Source: Alphaproteobacteria bacterium
Lineage (GTDB): Bacteria; Pseudomonadota; Alphaproteobacteria; GCA-2746255
Reading direction: 5' to 3'
Length of the DNA stretch: 64,000 bases
NCBI GenBank assembly: GCA_965249135.1
Contig: OZ252220.1
Coordinates: 1,632,001 to 1,696,000 of the forward strand
In this document: positions 57,169 through 64,000 of the stretch, in pieces
How the letters are laid out: each line of letters opens with the position of its first letter
Numbering within the stretch: position 1 is the stretch's first letter
Program-made: the position numbers and the translations under genes
Notes under the pieces: model-generated
The model's database searches: none
Seen by the model: the letters and a program-made list of their open reading frames with translations, nothing else
What the model was told of the DNA's origin: nothing

Positions 57169-58419
57169 ATGGGAAGCAGTGGAAATCGCGGGAGCGAAGC
57201 GGAAGATCGCAAGCTTTCGCAGAGGTCGGTAGATGGCTTTTGGATCCTCCTTGTCTTCGGCCTTCTTTTCTTTAATCCGTTTGTCTTTGGATCGAACGGC
57301 TCTCGGACCAACCTTTCCTTTTATGATATCCTCCTGCCACTGATTTTTTTTAGTGCGGTCGCACAAGGTCAAATCACGTGGCCGGAAAGAAAAACGGTCT
57401 TTCTTTTCCTCTCCCCCTGTTTTCTTATCGTCCTCCACTCGGTTTTAACCGTTTCCTTGGCGGAAGGTATTCATCTTGGTCCACTGCTCGTCGGGACGCT
57501 TCGACAGGCTGCCTTCTTCGTCGACATCGGCATGCTCATCCTTTTGTTTCAAATGCCGGAACGGCGGCGTCCATCCCAGGGCGTTTTTCTTGCCCTCCTT
57601 TTTATCGCCACGGCCTACGCCCTTATGATGCGTTACCTGGAGGAGTATGTTCCAGATTGGCCCACCTATGAAACGATTTACGCGGCCATTGTCACTGGCC
57701 TATTGCTGCTTTTCCTTTTCATACAAAGATCGAAGGGAAAATCGGAAAGTTTTTTAAAGACGAGCATCCTCATCGCTTGGGTATTTGCCATTCTTCTTCT
57801 TCTCTATACGAAACTCTTTATCCTGATTACCCTCTTTATAGCCATGCTTTTTTTCTTTGAGGAATCTCGAGAATTCGGAGGGCGACGGATCAAGCGGCTG
57901 CTCTTCAGCGCCGGTTTTTTTGCTGCATTGGTCATTCTCTTCGTGGTTGCGCTCATCGAAATGGGTTTTGGGCGTTACTTTGTTAACATTTATGGCGCCC
58001 TTGCTTCGGTAATCCATCAGTCAATCAATATCCGCTTTCAACTTTGGTCGTCCGCGTGGGGATTTGTCCTTGAAACGTTTCCATGGGGAACCGGCTTGAA
58101 TCAGTTTGGCGGTTCTATTGCCGAGCCTTCCAATTCGCAGATATCGCGTCTAGCGGGCGCTCACAACACGCCACTGCGCCTTTTGATGGAGCTTGGCATG
58201 CTCGGGGTCGGCATATTCGGTGTGGTGCTTGCGATGGTTGCTTTTAGCGGACGAAAATTGGACGCTTATCAAAAGGCGATGCTCTGCTTGTATATCTTGA
58301 TGCCGATGTTGCTGCATGATGTGCTTGGACTTCGTATCTTCCATATCGTTCTGGCTTTCTGTCTGGCCGTAACGTTTTTTCAGACGGGCACAACGCTTAA
58401 GGCGCGCCGATCGCCCTGA
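57169..58419 (+). CDS. O-antigen ligase / Wzy-like polytopic membrane protein
   Basis: Many TM helices; RFQLW...PWGTGLNQF...AHNTPLRLLMELG; start 57169 inferred. Confidence 0.8.
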   Translation: MGSSGNRGSEAEDRKLSQRSVDGFWILLVFGLLFFNPFVFGSNGSRTNLSFYDILLPLIFFSAVAQGQITWPERKTVFLFLSPCFLIVLHSVLTVSLAEGIHLGPLLVGTLRQAAFFVDIGMLILLFQMPERRRPSQGVFLALLFIATAYALMMRYLEEYVPDWPTYETIYAAIVTGLLLLFLFIQRSKGKSESFLKTSILIAWVFAILLLLYTKLFILITLFIAMLFFFEESREFGGRRIKRLLFSAGFFAALVILFVVALIEMGFGRYFVNIYGALASVIHQSINIRFQLWSSAWGFVLETFPWGTGLNQFGGSIAEPSNSQISRLAGAHNTPLRLLMELGMLGVGIFGVVLAMVAFSGRKLDAYQKAMLCLYILMPMLLHDVLGLRIFHIVLAFCLAVTFFQTGTTLKARRSP

Positions 58420-59666
58420 TGGTTGCCCGGGGTATTCTATCCGCCGTTCTTGGCGGCCTTCTCGCCCGCGGCGTCACCGTGCTTATTCCGGTCATGGTGG
58501 CCCACACGTATGTGCTGGGAATCGAGACGGATGCCTTCTTTCTGGCCGCCGCAGGCATTCTTTTCTGGTCGACGACGATGGGGATTCTTGTGGAGGCCTC
58601 GATTGTCTCCCGGCTCATGGACGTCGCCGAAGAAGGTCGCTGGACGCTTATTCTTCGCACCGGTTTGCTGCTTTCCGGCTTCACGCTGTTGTTGGGCGGT
58701 GCGCTCATGGCGGCGATTTGGATTCTTCCCTGGCCCGGAAAGGATGTTGCGCTTGGCGTACAGACACGTCTTCTTTTCGTCGAACTTTCACCTCTTCTGC
58801 TACTCAACGTATGGATCAGCCTCTTTTCCGGCTGGTTGAACGCGGAGCGACGCTTTGCGATCGTTGCCGGGTCTCCCGCCGTATTGGGCGTTTTCGTTTT
58901 AGGCTCGGTTTGGTTTCTGCACGATACGTTTGCGATTCACGCCCTTACCATCGGCTATCTGTTGGGAGAACTCGTCCGACTAGGCTTTCTTGGCACCCAC
59001 CTTGTTCGTCATCATCCATTCAGGCGCCGGTTCCAGGGTAGCGTCGCCGTCGTACCCTATTTTCAGAACATCGGGCTTCAGTGGATTGGTCTCTCACTCA
59101 TAAACGGAAATCTGCTCGTCGATCGGTTGATGGCGGGCGGGCTTGCGGAAGGTTCCGTGAGTAGGCTCGAGTTTATCGAGCGCATTTACCTCGTGCCCGT
59201 CGGTATCCTTACTTGGGCGGTTCTTTCAGTAATGACGACGGCGTGGTCGCTGGTACGGGAAGAAATTCTGCGTCAGTGGGAAAGCATTCGCCGGTCCCTC
59301 GGCATCCTGCTTCTCGGTGGGGCGGGGATTGCGCTTGTGCTGGGGCTTCTGCATCATCCGTTGCTTACCTGGCTCTATGCGCCATCGGGAGAGGCGGTAT
59401 GGTCGGAAGAGGGCGAACGCGCCTTTCTCTTTCTCGTTTGGGGTTTGCCGTTTCAGCTTGCCACCTTGACGCTTTGGCGCGTGACGATGCTGGATAGGGA
59501 TCTAGGCTGGCAGGTGCTGGCGATCGGTGGATTTGCCTTCCTTCTTAACGCCATCGGAGACTATGTCTTGCGCGACTACTGGGGTCTTTCCGGCATTACC
59601 GCCGTGACAGGGCTCACGTATCTCTGTACGTTTTTATTGTTGTTTCGATTGATCCGTCCGTCCTGA
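58419..59666 (+). CDS. MurJ/MviN-like (MOP superfamily) lipid-linked oligosaccharide flippase
   Basis: ETDAFFLA, VDRLMA...EGSVSRLEFIERI; about 12 hydrophobic segments. Confidence 0.78.
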   Translation: MVARGILSAVLGGLLARGVTVLIPVMVAHTYVLGIETDAFFLAAAGILFWSTTMGILVEASIVSRLMDVAEEGRWTLILRTGLLLSGFTLLLGGALMAAIWILPWPGKDVALGVQTRLLFVELSPLLLLNVWISLFSGWLNAERRFAIVAGSPAVLGVFVLGSVWFLHDTFAIHALTIGYLLGELVRLGFLGTHLVRHHPFRRRFQGSVAVVPYFQNIGLQWIGLSLINGNLLVDRLMAGGLAEGSVSRLEFIERIYLVPVGILTWAVLSVMTTAWSLVREEILRQWESIRRSLGILLLGGAGIALVLGLLHHPLLTWLYAPSGEAVWSEEGERAFLFLVWGLPFQLATLTLWRVTMLDRDLGWQVLAIGGFAFLLNAIGDYVLRDYWGLSGITAVTGLTYLCTFLLLFRLIRPS

Positions 59667-59675
59667 GATTTTTCT

Positions 59676-60551
59676 ATGTCACAAGAATATTCGCGTTGCT
59701 TTCTTGCAAAACCGGGACCGCCGGTTGAGGAATGGTATGCTGCCGAGCGGTTGCTTTCGCTTCCTCGGGAACGGAAGGTGCTTCGCTGTGGGGACGTAGC
59801 ATGGCTCCACCCCATGCCGACCTTTGAAGAATGCAAGGCGCTTTACTCGGAGGCCTATTACGCTTGTCGAGATTCGGCCTGCCCGCTTAGCCAGATTGAG
59901 AGTCAGCAACTTAATTATTTTGGTCGGCGCGTCAGGCGGATTTTCACGCGTTTAGGCCGCAAACCGGAAACCATGCTCGATATTGGCGCGGCAAGCGGCC
60001 TTTTCGTGCGTGCGGCGCGGGCGCAGGGGGTTGCCGCGGAAGGGATCGAGCTTTCGGGGTGGGCCTGCGAGCAAGCCAAGAGGGAACACGGGATTGATCT
60101 CATAGAAGGCGATCTTGTCCGCGACCACCTAGCCCTGCGTTCCAGTTACGATGTCATCGTCATGAACCATGTGCTGGAGCATTTGGTAGAGCCGCTGGCC
60201 TATCTTGATCGCATTCGTGACCTTTTAACGCCGAATGGCCTCTTGGTGATCGAGATCCCGCAACAATTCATTAATCCGATCGATCTCCTTTATCGAGCGG
60301 CCCGATACCGGCGACCCTATAGCCTCGCATCCGTTCACCATCCGTATTTTTATACGGTCTCAAGCGTGCTTCGCTTGATGGAGATGAGTGGCTTTAAGGC
60401 TGAACGTCCAATTACCTGGCTTCCAGAACAAGTCTTCCATCTTTGTAACCCATTCATTACCCGCCCGCTGCAAACCATGCTTTGGTTCGCAAACCGCATT
60501 GCTTTACGCGGCCACGTCATTGAGGTCTTTGCTACGCCAGAACCTGAATAA
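59676..60551 (+). CDS. Class I SAM-dependent methyltransferase (glycan-cluster type)
   Basis: LDIGAASG, GIELS, HVLEHL, LVIEIP. Confidence 0.88.
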   Translation: MSQEYSRCFLAKPGPPVEEWYAAERLLSLPRERKVLRCGDVAWLHPMPTFEECKALYSEAYYACRDSACPLSQIESQQLNYFGRRVRRIFTRLGRKPETMLDIGAASGLFVRAARAQGVAAEGIELSGWACEQAKREHGIDLIEGDLVRDHLALRSSYDVIVMNHVLEHLVEPLAYLDRIRDLLTPNGLLVIEIPQQFINPIDLLYRAARYRRPYSLASVHHPYFYTVSSVLRLMEMSGFKAERPITWLPEQVFHLCNPFITRPLQTMLWFANRIALRGHVIEVFATPEPE

Positions 60552-60584
60552 CGCGATCTTTTAGTCAATTCTTGTTGTTGAGGA

Positions 60585-61730
60585 TCAAGATCCCAATAGG
60601 TCGTGATAAAGCGCCATCGTTTGCTTAACGATTAAGCGTTCGGAAAACGATTCTTCAACAAATACCCGGCCCTGTTTTCCCATGGACGTGCGCAATCCCT
60701 GGTCTTGAGCCAGGCGTGAAATCGCGTTCGCCAGCGCCTCGGAATTCCTGGAGGGGACAAGCAAGCCCGTTTCATTCGAACGCACCACTTCCCGGCATCC
60801 GGGTGCATCCGTTGTGATAATCGGCCGTGCGCAGGCGGCTGCTTCCAGCAACGACTTTGGGATTCCCTCTCCATAATAGGAAGGCAAGACGGCGATATGG
60901 GCTTTCTTCCAGATCTCCCGCACGTCATCGCAAAAACCAAGCCAGTCGATGGTCTCCTCCCGGTTCCATGACTCGAGTTCCTCCTTGGAAAGAGAGGTTG
61001 GATTCTCCGGGTCCGGCATCCCGGCCAATAACACATGAATAGGGGTATCCCATCGCTGCAGCAGACGCCCCGCCTCGACCAGTTCCCGTACGCCCTTATC
61101 AAGAAGCATGCGGGAAACCATTGCGACGGTGATTGGCACAGGACCCGGTTCCGCAAGAGGGGAAAAGTGGCTTGTATCTACGCCGGACCCCGGGATCAAC
61201 GCCATCCGATCTTCGGCGAGATTTACCAATTTCTTCAACGCGTGAAAATCATCCCGGTTTTGCAACAGCGCCTTGCCATTTACCCGGTGCAGGAGAAGGC
61301 GTAAGGCCCAGCGAACGAAAAAGCGAAGCAGGGCCGCCTTTCGAGTCGTGGAGGCGAAGACGAAGCCAAGACCTGTTAGGGCATTCACTACGACGGGCAC
61401 GCTTTGGATCCAGGCGATGAGAGAGCCATAGATCACCGGCTTCATCGCTACATGGTGGGCAAGATCGGGCTTGACGGAACGGTAGGTACGAAACAGTTCA
61501 ACAAGAACACGAATTTCCGTAAAGGGGCTGAGGCTTTGTCGACGCAGATGGAGCGGAATAAGGTGAAACCCTTCCGCAAGTATTTGCTCGCCATGTGCCG
61601 TGACATGTGTCGCGACGAAAACCTCCATCCCTGCCTCGCGGGCAGCGCGGGCAATCGCCAGCCGATGTGAACAGAAGTACCAGTCTTCCGTCACGAAATA
61701 GAGAATCCTTAATGGTTTTTCTTCACCCAT
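60585..61730 (-). CDS. Glycosyltransferase family 4
   Basis: TEDWYFCSHR, KPVIYG, GSGVD, KGVRE, EGIPKSLLEA. Confidence 0.93.
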   Translation of the reverse strand: MGEEKPLRILYFVTEDWYFCSHRLAIARAAREAGMEVFVATHVTAHGEQILAEGFHLIPLHLRRQSLSPFTEIRVLVELFRTYRSVKPDLAHHVAMKPVIYGSLIAWIQSVPVVVNALTGLGFVFASTTRKAALLRFFVRWALRLLLHRVNGKALLQNRDDFHALKKLVNLAEDRMALIPGSGVDTSHFSPLAEPGPVPITVAMVSRMLLDKGVRELVEAGRLLQRWDTPIHVLLAGMPDPENPTSLSKEELESWNREETIDWLGFCDDVREIWKKAHIAVLPSYYGEGIPKSLLEAAACARPIITTDAPGCREVVRSNETGLLVPSRNSEALANAISRLAQDQGLRTSMGKQGRVFVEESFSERLIVKQTMALYHDLLGS

Positions 61731-62667
61731 TTTTCGTCAATCGAAATTGTGCTCCGAAAATCTGCAAATCATCCTTCGTGCGGTCTCGGAAATCCTCATG
61801 AAGTGAACTTCGCGACAAGGGGGACAAATCTCAGCGGTTCGTTTCCACTGTGTCGACTTTAAAACCTGCCTTGTCAAAGTGACGCAGCATGTCGGAGTAA
61901 CGCAGTCGGTTCGTATAAAATCCGCTGCGTCCAGCAAACCACGGCGCTTCCAAAAGATGTTTTGAAAACCGCAGGTTATGCAAAGAGCCTCCAAGATGAT
62001 CCTGAAAGTCAACAACATGGGAAGCCACGCCGCCCGGCTTCAGAATTCGGTAAAGTTCGCTGCAAATTTCTGAAAATGACTTAAGCGGCACATGTTCTAA
62101 GACGGCATGTGAAAATAGAAAATCCACATCTTCGGATCGAATCTTACTTAAACTTCCAAAGCCTTCATGGAGGTAAGTCGTGTGTGTGGCCAGTAGAATG
62201 GATTCGAGGTCAGGGTATTCGGTCAAGGGCGTAACGTTGCGGGAAGGTTCGTGTGTCGCAAGCTCCAGAAGGAGATCTCGATAGGTGTCCATCGAACACG
62301 GCGCCATAGGTTCCGTATCAACCAAGTAGCCGCCCCCGGCACCATGCGCCCAGGCGACGATGGCCGTGGCAATGGAATTGCCCGGGCCAAATTCGAGATA
62401 CCGAAAGCCATTGTCAAGCGTGTCTGCTTGCCGAAAATGTCGTTGGAAGACGGCAATCGCATAGGCGGGGGTTTGCATTGCCCCAGGCAAGAAAAGGCCG
62501 ACGCGACGCCAGGTCTGAGGGCTGAGAGCCAGCCGGCTCAGCACCAACTTTCCCGCAATTTTCATCCACCAAGGGACCGCTTTCTTAAAAGCGTTCGGCA
62601 ATTGACTCAAGGATCCCTCCCGATCCTGTAGATTAGTTTCGAAAAGCGGGGACTTTCCTATCGACAA
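61723..62667 (-). pseudogene. SAM-dependent methyltransferase with in-frame TGA at 61831-61833 (nonsense allele, sequence error or readthrough)
   Basis: LEFGPGNS, FSHAVLEHV, LKPGG, DFQDH, NRLR; frame stays open 35 codons past the TGA and ends overlapping the next ATG. Confidence 0.65.
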
Positions 62668-62738
62668 GCTCCACTAGGCTATTTACCAAAAGCTCTCATG
62701 TATATCGAAATACACATCCACAGGATTTCCCCTGCAAG

Positions 62739-63953
62739 ATGAAGTGTACCGTGCTCATCGTCATTGGCGACTTGGATATCGGTGGTGCCGAGCGGCACCT
62801 GACCCAAATCCTTCCACGGCTTAACCACGAGCATCTCCGGGTAGTGGTCTACACACTCACCCACAAGGGAGCGCTAGCCCCAATACTGGAGCAGGCGGGA
62901 ATCCCCGTTATCGAATCGTGGGCAGGCTCGGTTATCCATCGATCGATTCCAAAATATTTTCGTAAGGGAATCATGGTTCCCTTGACCATCATACGTTTGA
63001 TAATCTATATGCGGCGGCTTCGGCCGGACGTCGTTCATTTCTTTCTTCCCATGGCCTATCTGATTGGTGGCATGTGCGCGGTGGTTTCGCAGATGCCATG
63101 CAGTGTAATGAGTCGACGCAGCCTTTCCATCTACCAGCAACACCATCCCTTTCTTGCACGGATGGAACGGTGGCTGCACCATTACATGCATGGGGTGCTT
63201 GGCAATTCGGAAGCGGTGCTCAATGAACTTCGGAAGGAAGACGTTCCGGAAAAAAAGCTTGGTCTCATTTACAATGGAATCGATCTTTCCTTTTTTGTGA
63301 AGGAAACCATACGGAAGGAGTTGCTACCTGCTCACAATGTCAATGACGATACGCTCGTTTTCGTTATCGTTGCCAACCTAATTTATTACAAAGGGCATGA
63401 GAATCTCCTGCGTGCCTTAGGCCGGATCCGAGGGCAGTTGCCGAAAGACTGGATATTGCTTTGTGTCGGTCGCGACGATGGCATTGGCGATGAGCTTATG
63501 ATTCATGCGCGAGAAAACCATATCTCCCGGAACGTACGCTGGCTGGGGCCGCGGTCGGACACGCCCCAGCTTTTGATGGCTTCCGACATCGGAATTCTTT
63601 GTTCGGATCAGGAAGGGTTTTCGAACAGCATTCTCGAAGGAATGGCGGCGGGGCTGCCGATGGTTGTCACGGATGTCGGTGGCAACACGGAAGCCGTTAT
63701 AGACGGCAAAACCGGCTTCGTGGCACCGCCACAGAATCCCGAGTGCCTTGCCGAGGCCATCTTGAAGCTTGTGAAAGATCCGGCGCTCTGTCGGCAGATG
63801 GGAGAAGCCGGCCGGGAAAGGGTCAGGAGCCGGTTTTCCATTGAGGCCAGTGCGCGGGCCTATGAACGGCTCTATACCGGACTCATCGAGCACGAAGCGT
63901 TGCCCGTTCGAGAGCTTACGCAAAGCGGGAATCAGCAAGATGAACGCATTTAG
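62739..63953 (+). CDS. Glycosyltransferase family 4
   Basis: GGAERHL, IYNGID, KGH, EGFSNSILEGMAAG, TDVGG. Confidence 0.93.
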   Translation: MKCTVLIVIGDLDIGGAERHLTQILPRLNHEHLRVVVYTLTHKGALAPILEQAGIPVIESWAGSVIHRSIPKYFRKGIMVPLTIIRLIIYMRRLRPDVVHFFLPMAYLIGGMCAVVSQMPCSVMSRRSLSIYQQHHPFLARMERWLHHYMHGVLGNSEAVLNELRKEDVPEKKLGLIYNGIDLSFFVKETIRKELLPAHNVNDDTLVFVIVANLIYYKGHENLLRALGRIRGQLPKDWILLCVGRDDGIGDELMIHARENHISRNVRWLGPRSDTPQLLMASDIGILCSDQEGFSNSILEGMAAGLPMVVTDVGGNTEAVIDGKTGFVAPPQNPECLAEAILKLVKDPALCRQMGEAGRERVRSRFSIEASARAYERLYTGLIEHEALPVRELTQSGNQQDERI

Positions 63954-64000
63954 GCTTCTCGGCCATCCATTGGCTTGAAGGGCGCAGGCTTGTTTCGTCC

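Noticed and set aside
61831-61833. UGA recoded genome-wide as Trp, or as selenocysteine
   Set aside because: TGA ends many genes here, including ATGA overlaps; the expected residue is Trp, not Cys, and I see no SECIS-like hairpin.
63940-63978. ATG overlapping the end of the last GT4 as the start of a next gene
   Set aside because: The frame closes after 12 codons.

Overview
High-GC alphaproteobacterial chromosome segment (Rhodospirillales-like by gene order and protein sequence; taxonomy is an inference), mostly core genes: gpmI-envC-ctpA-yibQ-rppH, F1 operon atpHAGDC, priA, fsa/tal, xerC, a TCA supercluster (mcl2-like, mch, sdhCDAB, zapE, nadA, nadC, mdh, sucCD, sucAB, lpdA), ffh-rpsP-rimM-trmD-rplS-leuCDB-asd, dapF-mtaB-ftsY, a DUF2336 gene with a PleC/DivJ-type kinase, tkt-pgk, and from about 53.8 kb a surface-glycan cluster rich in SAM methyltransferases. 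I found no rRNA, tRNA, CRISPR array or mobile element. Most unusual observations: (1) malate dehydrogenase fused to a 54-aa histone-like tail with (AKRKT)x7, flanked by a repeat-rich promoter and a structured mdh-sucC spacer; (2) nadA-nadC without nadB inserted between zapE and mdh; (3) leuB lacks a canonical start codon (ATA) and lies in frame behind the leuD TGA; (4) a methyltransferase has an in-frame TGA at a probable Trp codon; (5) observations 3 and 4 fit a window-wide set of apparent C>T (+ strand) changes at conserved codons, which may be template damage or sequencing error; (6) gap is missing between tkt and pgk. Family calls and conservation statements come from recalled motifs, not from database searches.
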